64,000 nt of DNA from Chrysomallon squamiferum (Eukaryota; Animalia; Mollusca). Below are positions 39,201 through 50,780 of this stretch, one piece after another (position 1 is the first letter of the stretch; every line of letters starts with the position of its first letter). The notes beneath the pieces were generated by a model that was given only the letters and a program-made list of their open reading frames with translations, had not been told where the DNA came from and did not search any database. Both the position numbers and the translations under genes were made by a program. Location: contig CM022679.1 of the NCBI GenBank assembly GCA_012295275.1, positions 248,001 through 312,000 of the forward strand, in the 5' to 3' direction.

Positions 39201-40029
39201 TCCTATCAGCGACTTCATTGAAGACGACAGAAAACGCGCATCAATGGAGAAAGCGGTGGCTGCTCACGTCAACAAAGCATACCTTCGCGAGATGGAGCGA
39301 ATTTTGCTGAGTGCACGGCAGCGGTATGCACAAAATTCAGACATAATGAATTTACTGTCTCGAGTGAGATCTGAGATGTCTAAAATTATCCCGTCACAGA
39401 GCGTTGTGAACAGTCTTGGTAGCGAAGTGGACAGAGATTTCATTGTACCTGACTGGTTCACCAGACACACCCAGCTCTGTTACAGGTGGTACCCCGACGG
39501 TGACGGGGGTCAGTGCGGTGGAGGTGTGGGTAGAAGCCTATGTGCTAAGCCAGGGGAGATGACTCAGTATTATCGTGACGACACAGACAAGAGGGGTGGC
39601 GGTTGTCGTATGAGCTGGGGAATTATTCCCCTTACAAACTCCCGGCCATCTTGGTTTAACTCTGTACAGCTGTGTTACCGCTGGTACCCTGATGGAGATG
39701 GTGGACAATGTGGAGGTGGTGCACCACGTGAAATGTGTGTTAATGTCGGCAGCTACACTCAGTACTACCGCGATGATACCGACAGACGTAGCGGAGGCTG
39801 CCGCATGTCGTGGCGTCTGAAGGTTGGCAGTGAGGCCCCGCTGTGGATGAAGAACGCTCAGCTCTGTTACTACTGGTATCCAGATGGCGACGGTGGCCAG
39901 TGCGGAGGCGGAGGCGACATCAGCAGACAGCTGTGTGCCGTGGCCAACTCGTGGACTCGCTACTACAGGGACGACACTGACAGACGCGGTGGTGGTTGTA
40001 GAATGAGTTGGGGCATCAAGCTCGCATAG
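36223..40029 (+). CDS. Secreted MACPF pore-forming protein, perivitellin-2 67-kDa-subunit-like, copy A (577 aa, 3 exons)
   Basis: Exons 36223-36441, 38198-38784, 39102-40029 (GT-AG, phases 0 and 2). Signal peptide MLPVVVVLCVAVVTC; N-terminal PGL...RKGIDLTNLDL; MACPF signature-like FFGTHIFQSANFGG; YYGG...W..TV..NPW; C-terminal 3x Cys-rich repeat LCYRWYPDGDGGQCGGG...YYRDDTDxRxGGCRMSW. Confidence 0.88.
36720..37850. repeat. ~55-bp AT-rich minisatellite in intron 1 of MACPF copy A (absent from copy B)
   Basis: actagtcataaaactcccttttacatctaaaccatttcacgttttatttctttttta x~20. Confidence 0.92.
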
Positions 40030-40986
40030 ACTGTCACTTGTGTTTTGTTAAAATCTGATAAAAACTTGCTGTCGCTAAAACAAATTTATTTGTTGTTTTT
40101 CTAACGCATTCTTATTATATGCTGCAATTAACAGATATATTTTATCAAAATCATCTTTATACCTCATACGTATCTCCATAATTTGACTGTTTGTGCGTGT
40201 GTGCGTCTATACGTGTGAGTTTGTGCATTTGTCTGCATGTGCGCTTGTTTATGTAGTCTATTCGTAAATCCACGTTACAGACTAAATACACTGTAGCTGT
40301 TTTCAACAATTATTTTACTTACATGAACTGTGTTTGTAAAAAGAACTGTTTCTGTTATTAATTGTTAATTTTGTGACAACAATAGCTGAACGAGTGAAAG
40401 ATAAAAGACGTGTATTACTCTTCAGTGCAGAAATCTTACAACGAAAGAAAATTGTCTCTCGTCTTAATGGGTCCGAGTAAACACGATACAAGAATCTTAT
40501 TTTCTTTTTGTTTTACTTAGTCATTAAGCGTCGATCAAATAATTTTACTTCACTCTATTGTTAGAAAAACTTTTATGTCTCACGTGAGTAGGGAAATATA
40601 TAAATGTATGTTTTTAATAAACAGCGGGTAGAAAGTGTAATTTTCTTCTCTTGTATCACATATTATTTTTCACTGTGTTCTCAAAGTTGGAAATGAAACT
40701 TTGACGTGAATCGTAGATAAAACTGAAGTAAAATGTTATGTTAAATTTTGTGACATGAATCGCAGTTTTTGATAAACTTCAACCTGAAAGCAGAATTGTG
40801 ATTTTCATATTTCACTTTAGATTTTAAATTTCTGTATTAATCTGTTCGTGAGAAACGAGAACAATAACAGCGAAATAATAGTAAACAACAACAACAACAA
40901 CAACATCAGTGTCGAATACAAAGAGCATAACCCCACAGCGGTAACTACGACAGCAGAGAGAACGACAGATACAGGAAGTACTCATT

Positions 40987-41974
40987 ATGAACGAGTCAGA
41001 CGTCGTTCTTGACGACAGTTTCTACAAGACACCCGGTACTGACGTTTTGTTAATAATAGAATCTTCTCTCTGTCTGCCCATCGTGGTCGGCAACGTCCTC
41101 ATCATAGTCAGCGTCCTCAGATTTCGTCAATGCGAACTAAAACCAATCTGCTTGTGTTAAACCTGGCGATGGCCGACCTACTTGTAGGTCTTGTCATGAT
41201 TCCCTACGACATCGCCTACTACACGACGTCATACATGGTGAAAAACAAATTTCTTTGTCTTCTACGCTGGGCTATCTGGATTCTCGCAATCGGCGCCTCA
41301 GTGTTAAGTCTGCTCGGCATTTCCACTGAGAGATTCATAGCTATTCTGCACCCTCTCAAATACGAGACTTTTGTCACTTTTACCAAGGTGCTGTCATTCG
41401 CAGGGTCGGTCTGGGTGAGTTTCATTGTCATTTCTTTCCTTCCATTAGCTGGCTGGAACAACTACCACGACATGGACAAATGCGACGTGCATGTTGTTTT
41501 CGCGCACGAATATATGTGGTTTGTTTACTTGTTGTTGGTCATTATGATTTCAGCCAACACAGCCTTGTTTCTGGCTGTTATGTGCACGGCGTTCAAACAG
41601 ATCAGCAGAGTCCACGCGGAGCAGACGAGATTTTCCAGCAGAAGGAAACATCAGGACATTAAAAAAACTAAGCTGATGGTTCTCGTGTTTGGGGCATTTC
41701 TCGTCTGCTGGACTCCCTACGTCATCCTGGCCTTTGTCCGCCTGATGGGCTACAATGAAAAAACAAACACGTCACTCTGGCCAGAAACATCGGCCTGTCA
41801 GTGGGAACATTCAACTCTTGTGTCAACAGCGCCCTGTATGGCTGGAGAAACACGGATTTTCGTGACGCTTTTAAACAAATTTTAAAATGTCGCTGCGAAG
41901 GTAATTTAAAACATCGTCAGTCGCGATTGAAAGTGACAGTCGTTAGTGTTCTTTCAGTCAACGAAATGATGTGA
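40987..41974 (+). pseudogene. Frameshifted copy of the class A GPCR (copy A)
   Basis: Near-identical to 48537-49454 but has a 1-bp loss at ~41128 (cgtcaatgcga vs cgtcgactgcga) and +2 A at ~41760 (gaaaaaac vs gaaaac). Could be assembly error. Confidence 0.65.
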
Positions 41975-42324
41975 TCGTCAGTGAGGAAATGAAACAATTC
42001 AAGCATGTAACTATCAGTTTGAATATCTCACATCTTATACGATTTTCATGTGATACAATCAGATTCATACCTGAAAATCATTCGCTGTATTATTTTACAA
42101 AATATTATCCTCAGATTAATAACGATAAATAAAAAGAATATTTAATTTGAAATATTAACGTGAACATCTTCATGTATATGGATTCACATCTGAGAAATAA
42201 TATATAGGAGGACTGTGTGACAGTCGAGGGCGTTGCTTGGAAACTGACACAAACACCGGGCAGCAAGTACAAAACTGATAAACAAAGAGAAAACGTGAGT
42301 TTGTGATTTTCTTTGTGTCAACGT

Positions 42325-42975
42325 ATGAGCTGGTAAAACATAAAGTATGAACTGGTAAAACATCAAGTGTGTGCTGGTAAAACATCAAGTTTGAGCTGGT
42401 AAAACAGGATAAAATTTATAAACCACTTAACGTTGACTACAAATTGGAAAAATGCTCTCTGTGCGAAAAGAATATTGAGAATGTGACCAACACAGAATTT
42501 GGAATCGTGCTGAAAAAAACATAAACAAAAATAAAAGTAATACAAATATCTTTTTTTTTTTTTATCTTACCTTAGTTTGATAACACAGTGTGTTCTATCA
42601 TCTACTATCTAAATAAATCTGACTTATTAGTATTATCTTTTACATCACGCGATTATGAAAGTCAAAAACGTATTTAATAGTTTAATTAATACACATGACT
42701 TACTTAATATATATAACTTACTTTACACACGTGAATTACTTGTTATACTAATTTACTTTACATACGTGAAATGCTATACATACATGACCTACTACATATA
42801 GATGAGTTACTTTATGTAGGTGCTTATATTACATACATAATATACTGTACATGCTTGATATACTTTATATACGTTTTTATAGTATATACATGATGTACTG
42901 TACATATATATGAGATACTTTATATACGTGTTTATATTACATACATGATGTACTGTACATACATGATACTTACAT
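42325..42975 (-). pseudogene. Remnant of AprA/PqaA-like gene (exon 9 plus flanking intron)
   Basis: Matches ~55500-56130; the exon copy at ~42432-42509 lacks 10 nt (tgtgatcggc), removing the NADH His motif and shifting frame. Confidence 0.8.
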
Positions 42976-43007
42976 TGTTGAACACTACAGATACAAAACT
43001 CGTGTAT

Positions 43008-43505
43008 TTCTGCGAACAGTCATCCTGTAACAGTCCATTCAATACATTCACTGAGGAGTTGTCTTTTCCTGAAATCTTCTCATCGCTTACAGAATTCTCA
43101 GATGTCTGTGATCCAACTTCAGTGACACATTTTGTGGAGTCTACAGAACTAGTTTCCATGTCTACGACCGTACGTTGTGTACGACGTTCGTCTGATTTCA
43201 ACGTTGGTACAGCTGTAACGTCAGACAGTGAAGATGCAATGACGTCCTTCTCATTATAAAATGTGTTTTCGTCTTCTAGCGTTAAATCAGAATTTGTGAC
43301 TGGAAGAACTATCTGTGGAGGAGGGGAGACAACTCGATCTTTGTATATCTCTGTACCATACAGCAACGAAACACTTGGTCTACTCTCATGTTTAGTAATC
43401 TCGGGAGTTATCGGAAAATGCCGATCACTGTCTTTCATATATGTTGAGCCATCAGTGATGTTTCCGCTGCCACATTTTATATCAGTTGGGTTGTTCTTGA
43501 CACAA
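43008..43505 (-). pseudogene. Internal fragment of the 2-TM orphan gene
   Basis: Near-identical to ~61488-61993 (MKDSDRHFPITPEITKHESRPS...VNVLNGLL); lacks start, TM segments and C-terminus. Confidence 0.85.
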
Positions 43506-44910
43506 GCGGATGAAGACTACTTCTTATTATAGGATATACCAGAAAATACAATTTACATTCATTCAGCGATACATGCAGTTTAATGTTCTGTATAACATAT
43601 AATAAATGCACAAACATGTTTGAGATGAACAACAATGTTGAAAGTTTATTCTCTCACACAGTCTGTTAAAAATAGACTTGTAATGATTCAACTTTTATTT
43701 GTTCAATCTGAGACAAATAGGATTTCACCCTCTGACATTACCTCAGTAGACTCTTCATTTGTTTAATTTTAATATTTTAATAATCAAATGTGTGGCGGCT
43801 TAGGATAACCAGTCACATTGTGAAAATGATCAAAACTCAGGTTTTGATGGAATAAAATCAACCACATTCTACAAATAAGTGATACGCGATGCATGTTGGT
43901 GCGATGTCAGAGATTTTAGATGAATTTTAGATGATTTTAGATGAATAGTGCGTAGATTTAGATTAATTTCATTAATTAAGATTTTGACAGGTCACTCAAA
44001 AACACAAAGGACATGTTTTATTGACAAATTTCAGAAATATATATATACACACACACACATGAAAACGAGATGTTTTAAAAACTATTTATGGTGAAAAAAA
44101 AATTGATCAATTGATGCACTGGACTGCATTAATAGGCTGTAACTAAAATTTACATTGCGCGACATCCGACTGGTAATCCTAAGCAGCCACACAAATGTTA
44201 GAAGATTGAATTCGTTGCGTGGATGTATGAAGTAACTATATAATACAGATACAGATCAGTAATAAACAAATTATAATTAATTTTTCAGTCTGACGCATGC
44301 GCAATAAGAAAGAAGCAATCTGAAACCGGGAGCAATCTAAAACGTGTCACCGGGTGTATAGAATGACCGGTATACAGAATTACCGGATATAACACTGTTA
44401 CTTGTCACTTCAGTTATTTTATTTCCGTGCGTCAGCTGTAACATTTTATTGTCGTTGTTGTTGTTTTTGTTACTATACTACTACTGCTACTACTACTACA
44501 ACAACAACAACTAATACTACTATTACTACTATTAAGCTACAACAGCCTCTATTATGTATACTAATACTACGACTGCTACTACTACTATTACGATTACTAG
44601 TACTACGACAAGTCTGGTGTTACTACAACGACTACTACTGCGACTACTATTACTATTTCTACTACTATTACCACTACTACTGCTACTACTATTAGCGAAT
44701 AAGGGTTTTAGCCGTGGTGTATAAATTTACGTCGCTTTGCACTAGAGGTTACAGGCACTGGAAACAATGTGATTTGTCTCCTACGCAAACAACAACAAAT
44801 TTAATATTTATTTTATTTAAGTGTATAGGATATGTTAGTATTATGTTGTGAATAGAGCAAAGAATACGTCACATGCGTAATGTTTTTTCGAAATGTGTTT
44901 GTGTAATATT

Positions 44911-44964
<54 letters not shown>

Positions 44965-45197
44965 GTTATTATTATTATTATTGTTATTATTATTTCAGTG
45001 TAATGCAGATTTAAAGGATATTGTTTGACATTTGTCACCCGATATTTTAGATCCGGGATATCTGCTTCATCTGTGACTGCGAGGTAAGACACCTGGAGCT
45101 AATTGGTTGTTTATCTGCATACGTCGCTTCTCCCCCCAAAATATTCGAAGTTTTCTTATTTAAAGACGTGAAACAGTAACACAGGTCAGATATCACG

Positions 45198-47575
45198 ATG
45201 TTGCCTGTAGTCGTAGTTCTCTGTGTTGCTGCAGTGACGTGTAGAGCGCGGTACTGTGCGAATCCAGTGCCAGGTCTAAACAAACAACGTAGAGGAATTG
45301 ATCTGACTAAACTCGATCTTCTCCCTTTGGACTTTAACTCCGCTGATGGTTTTCTGAGACCAGTCATAGACTACACCTGTGACGAGAGAAAAACATGGAG
45401 GAATAACCAGAATAACGTAAGTGACAAAAACACTTTTTGTAACTATTTTTATTTTTATTTTTTAGTGGATATGCTGCTCTGTAGGATCGTGTCATTGTAG
45501 AAATATATTTACACTATCAGTATTTTACTGTACAGCAGCTGTAAATAAAATCTACTGCCTTGTCACACAGGTTTTACTCAGGAAATTTGACTAGTTTAAA
45601 ATAACAATATATTTTATTAAATTTCTCATGTTTTAATATATTTGATTTAATTTATCATATTTTTATATATTTCATTTTATTCACAATGTTTTTATATATA
45701 ATATTTGATTTATAATGACTTTATATGTAATTTATTTCAGCAAGAGTTTGACCTGCCTGATCAGGTGTGGGATATTTCTAGAATTCCCGGCGGCTGGCTG
45801 AACGCCAACACAGAAATTTTCAAGAATTATAAGGAAATAAAACGAACAATGTCTATAAATGTGGGCCTTGGAATCAATTTTTTAAGAGGCGCCTTTTCCT
45901 GTAGTGGATCTTACAAGAAGTATCAGCAAACGGTTACAAATTCCTCACAGTTCATAGAAGAAATTTCATCTTACAGTTCTGCTATGCGTGTTGATCTTCA
46001 AATGCCCCGGTCTCTCAACATGAGCAGACACGCTAAAACTTTCATAGACAGACTGCCGAGTTCACACTTCAACTCTAAAACCGCCTCGTCCTACTTCAGG
46101 TTTATTCACTTCTTCGGTACTCACATTTTCCAGTCTGCCAATTTTGGCGGGCTGATCAAACTTCACCTGGAGACGTCCTCGGATTACTACAAAGGAAAAT
46201 CTGAGAGAGATGTCAAAGTTCAGGCTGAAGCCTCGTTCTTTATATTCCTCTCAATCCATGGAGGCTATCACAGTGACAACATTCAAGTGGACAAAACATT
46301 CAGAAAGAAAAGCACTCGAACTATTCGGTATGTTATTTTATAACAGCAACAATAACTACTATTACTACTTCCACTACTACAACTACTACTACTACTGCTA
46401 CTCTTGTAGTTACTAATACTGTTATTAATTTAATCATTTGCAAATTTTAAATAATTATTAAAATGCAAATATAAAATTATCCGTTTATTATTATTGTTTA
46501 CTACATATAAGCATAACACATGAAACCCAATGTCGGCAACGACAGAGCAATGGTAAGAAAAATAATAACGTTGAGGATGATGGCGAATAACTAAGCAAAC
46601 TAAATCTTATTAATGTGTCTTTGTGTGTTGATTTATTTATGCTGCAGATATTACGGCGGGGACACAAATCTACTTGCTGGTAACGGAATACCAACTTGGC
46701 AGCCAACAGTTTCATCAAATCCTTGGCTTTTCTCAGGGCAGTTGATGCCTATCAGCGACTTCATTGAAGACGACAGAAAACGCGCCTCAATGGAGAAAGC
46801 GGTGGCTGCTTACGTCAACAAAGCATACCTTCGCGAGATAAGGCGAATTTTGCTGAGTGCACGGCAGCGGTATGCACAAAATTCAGACATAATGAATTTA
46901 CTGTCTCGAGTGAGATCTGAGATGTCTAAAATTATCCCGTCACAGAGCGTTGTGAACAGTCTTGGTAGCGAAGTGGACAGAGATTTCATTGTACCTGACT
47001 GGTTCACCAGACACACCCAGCTCTGTTACAGGTGGTACCCCGACGGTGACGGGGGTCAGTGCGGTGGAGGTGTGGGTAGAAGCCTATGTGCTAAGCCAGG
47101 GGAGATGACTCAGTATTATCGTGACGACACGGATGGGAGGGGCGGCGGTTGTCGTATGAGCTGGGGAATTATTCCCCTTACAAACTCCCGGCCATCTTGG
47201 TTTAACTCAGTAGAGCTGTGTTACCGCTGGTACCCTGATGGAGATAGTGGACAATGTGGAGGTGATGTACCACGTGAAATGTGTGTCAATGTCGGCAGCT
47301 ACACTCAGTACTACCGCGATGATACCGACGGACGTAGCGGAGGCTGCCGCATGTCGTGGCGTCTGAAGGTTGGCAGTGCGGCCCCGCTGTGGATGAAGAA
47401 CGCTCAGCTCTGTTACTACTGGTATCCAGACGGCGACGGTGGCCAGTGCGGAGGCGGAGGCGACATCAGCAGACAGCTGTGTGCCGTGGCCAACTCGTGG
47501 ACTCGCTACTACAGGGACGACACTGACAGACGCGGTGGTGGTTGTAGAATGAGTTGGGGCATCAAGCTCGCATAG
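45198..47575 (+). CDS. Secreted MACPF pore-forming protein, perivitellin-2 67-kDa-subunit-like, copy B (577 aa, 3 exons)
   Basis: Exons 45198-45416, 45741-46327, 46648-47575; identical exon lengths and motifs to copy A; intact frame. Confidence 0.88.
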
Positions 47576-48536
47576 ACTGTCACTTGTGTTTTGTTAAAAT
47601 CTGATAAAAACTTGCTGTCGCTAAAACAAATTTATTTGTTGTTTTTCTAACGCATTCTTATTATATGCTGCAATTAACAGATATATTTTATCAAAATCAT
47701 CTTTATACCTCATACGTATCTCCATAATTTGACTGTTTGTGCGTGTGTGCGTCTATGCGTGTGAGTTTTGTGCATTTGTCTGCATGTGCGCTTGTTTATG
47801 TAGTCTATTCGTAAATCCACGTTACAGACTAAATACACTGTAGCTGTTTTCAACAATTATTTTACTTACATGAACTGTGTTTGTAAAAAGAACTGTTTCT
47901 GTTATTAATTGTTAATTTTGTGACAACAATAGCTGAACGAGTGAAAGATAAAAGACGTGTATTACTCTTCAGTGCAGAAATCTTACAACGAAAGAAAATT
48001 GTCTCTCGTCTTAATGGGTCCGAGTAAACACGATACAAGAATCTTATTTTCTTTTTGTTTTACTTAGTCATTAAGCGTCGATCAAATAATTTTACTTCAC
48101 TCTATTGTTAGAAAAACTTTTATGTCTCACGTGAGTAGGGAAATATATAAATGTATGTTTTTAATAAACAGCGGGTAGAAAGTGTAATTTTCTTCTCTTG
48201 TATCACATATTATTTTTCACTGTGTTCTCAAAGTTGGAAATGAAACTTTGACGTGAATCGTAGATAAAACTGAAGTAAAATGTTATGTTAAATTTTGTGA
48301 CATGAATCGCAGTTTTTGATAAACTTCAACCTGAAAGCAGAATTGTGATTTTCATATTTCACTTTAGATTTTAAATTTCTTTATTAATCTGTTCGTGAGA
48401 AACGAGAACAATAACCGCGAAATAACAGTAAACAACAACAACAACAACAACAACATCAGTGTCGAATACAAATAGCCTAACCCCACAGCGGTAACTACGA
48501 CAGCAGAGAGAACGACAGATACAGGAAGTACTCATT

Positions 48537-49454
48537 ATGAACGAGTCAGACGTCGTTCTTGACGACAGTTTCTACAAGACACCCGGTACTGACGTTTTGT
48601 TAATAATAGAATCTTCTCTCTGTCTGCCCATCGTGGTCGGCAACGTCCTCATCATAGTCAGCGTCCTCAGATTTCGTCGACTGCGAACTAAAACCAATCT
48701 GCTTGTGTTAAACCTGGCGATGGCCGACCTACTTGTAGGTCTTGTCATGATTCCCTACGACATCGCCTACTACACGACGTCATACATGGTGAAAAACAAA
48801 TTTCTTTGTCTTCTACGCTGGGCTATCTGGATTCTCGCAATCGGCGCCTCAGTGTTAAGTCTGCTCGGCATTTCCACTGAGAGATTCATAGCTATTCTGC
48901 ACCCTCTCAAATACGAGACTTTTGTCACTTTTACCAAGGTGCTGTCATTCGCAGGGTCGGTCTGGGTGAGTTTCATTGTCATTTCTTTCCTTCCATTAGC
49001 TGGCTGGAACAACTACCACGACATGGACAAATGCGACGTGCATGTTGTTTTCGCGCACGAATATATGTGGTTTGTTTACTTGTTGTTGGTCATTATGATT
49101 TCAGCCAACACAGCCTTGTTTCTGGCTGTTATGTGCACGGCGTTCAAACAGATCAGCAGAGTCCACGCGGAGCAGACGAGATTTTCCAGCAGAAGGAAAC
49201 ATCAGGACATTAAAAAAACTAAGCTGATGGTTCTCGTGTTTGGGGCATTTCTCGTCTGCTGGACTCCCTACGTCATCCTGGCCTTTGTCCGCCTGATGGG
49301 CTACAATGAAAACAAACACGTCACTCTGGCCAGAAACATCGGCCTGTCAGTGGGAACATTCAACTCTTGTGTCAACAGCGCCCTGTATGGCTGGAGAAAC
49401 ACGGATTTTCGTGACGCTTTTAAACAAATTTTAAAATGTCGCTGCGAAAGGTAA
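48537..49454 (+). CDS. Intronless rhodopsin-like (class A) GPCR, adenosine/amine-receptor-like orphan, copy B
   Basis: 7 hydrophobic segments; TM1 GN, TM2 NLAMAD, TM3 C...ERF, HPLKY, TM4 W..P, TM6 FLVCWTPY, TM7 NSCVNSALY, helix 8 FRDAFKQIL. Confidence 0.88.
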   Translation: MNESDVVLDDSFYKTPGTDVLLIIESSLCLPIVVGNVLIIVSVLRFRRLRTKTNLLVLNLAMADLLVGLVMIPYDIAYYTTSYMVKNKFLCLLRWAIWILAIGASVLSLLGISTERFIAILHPLKYETFVTFTKVLSFAGSVWVSFIVISFLPLAGWNNYHDMDKCDVHVVFAHEYMWFVYLLLVIMISANTALFLAVMCTAFKQISRVHAEQTRFSSRRKHQDIKKTKLMVLVFGAFLVCWTPYVILAFVRLMGYNENKHVTLARNIGLSVGTFNSCVNSALYGWRNTDFRDAFKQILKCRCER

Positions 49455-50019
49455 TTTTAAAACATCGTCAGTCGCGATTGAAAGTGACAGTCGTTAGTGT
49501 TCTTTCAGTCAACGAAATGATGTGATCGTCAGTGAGGAAATGAAACAATTCAAGCATGTAACTATCAGTTTGAATATCTCACATCTTATACGATTTTCAT
49601 GTGATACAATCAGATTCATACCTGAAAATCATTCGCTGTATTATTTTACAAAATATTATCCTCAGATTAATAACGATAAATAAAAAGAATATTTAATTTG
49701 AAATATTAACGTGAACATCTTCATGTATATGGATTCACATCTGAGAAATAATATATAGGAGGACTGTGTGACAGTCGAGGGCGTTGCTTGGAAACTGACA
49801 CAAACACCGGGCAGCAAGTACAAAACTGATAAACAAAGAGAAAACGTGAGTTTGTGATTTTTTTTGTGTCAACGTAAGACGATCCTCCTAGCATTTTCTA
49901 GTCTTGTAAATTCTATTAATGAATTTATACTTTTTTGGCGTAGTCTATTTTTTTATTTTATTTTTTTTTATTTCTGCTTCATAATTGTTCTAAGGGTAAT
50001 TTATTTTTTATCGGAATCA

Positions 50020-50312
50020 CTAATACACATGTATGGATTAATCACTAATGCACACGTATGGTTAATAAGTAATACACATGTATGGATTAATCACTAATAC
50101 ACATATATGAATTAATGACTAATACACATGTATGGATTAATCACTAATACTCATGTATGGATTAATCACTAATACACACGTATGGATTAATTCCCAATAC
50201 ACATGTATGGATTAATCACTAATGCACACGTATGGTTAATAAGTAATAGACATGTATGAATTAATCACTAATATACGTACATGTAATACACATGTATGGA
50301 TTAATCACTAAT
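50020..50312. repeat. 25-bp minisatellite (aatacacatgtatggattaatcact)
   Basis: ~11 tandem copies. Confidence 0.9.
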
Positions 50313-50780
50313 ACTAATATGTTGTCACATTTATGTTGTACAAATTAATTCAGCAAAGAAGTGATTAATGTTGACACTTTATTTAACATATCTCGGACAA
50401 GTGTTTCGTATTGCTAATCAAACTGATGATAAAAAAAGCAGAATTTGCTTGGATAAAAGTGATTATTAATATATAATTATTATATTAGATGAAATTATTA
50501 TTACCAGAAAAAAGTGTAATTATTTTATACTGATTTAAAAAAAAAAACACTTGTTTTTGTCTTCCTTATCAGTAAGAAAACCCCACTAAAAGTTTGTTAA
50601 AGTGTTATCGAATAAATAGTAAATCTGTTTTATGTCAGCATATACAGAAACACATATAGACATACAACACATAAACAGACACACTCACAAATACAGGAAC
50701 AGAGTTTTAAAATGAAAATTGAAATAAATATCTAAAAAATGGAAATTTATACAAGTTTTGTTTTCTGTTACTTCAAAAGT

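Noticed and set aside
44402-45092. Poly-Thr/Leu/Tyr/Ile ORFs
   Set aside because: Translations of (TAC)n and (ATT)n microsatellites.
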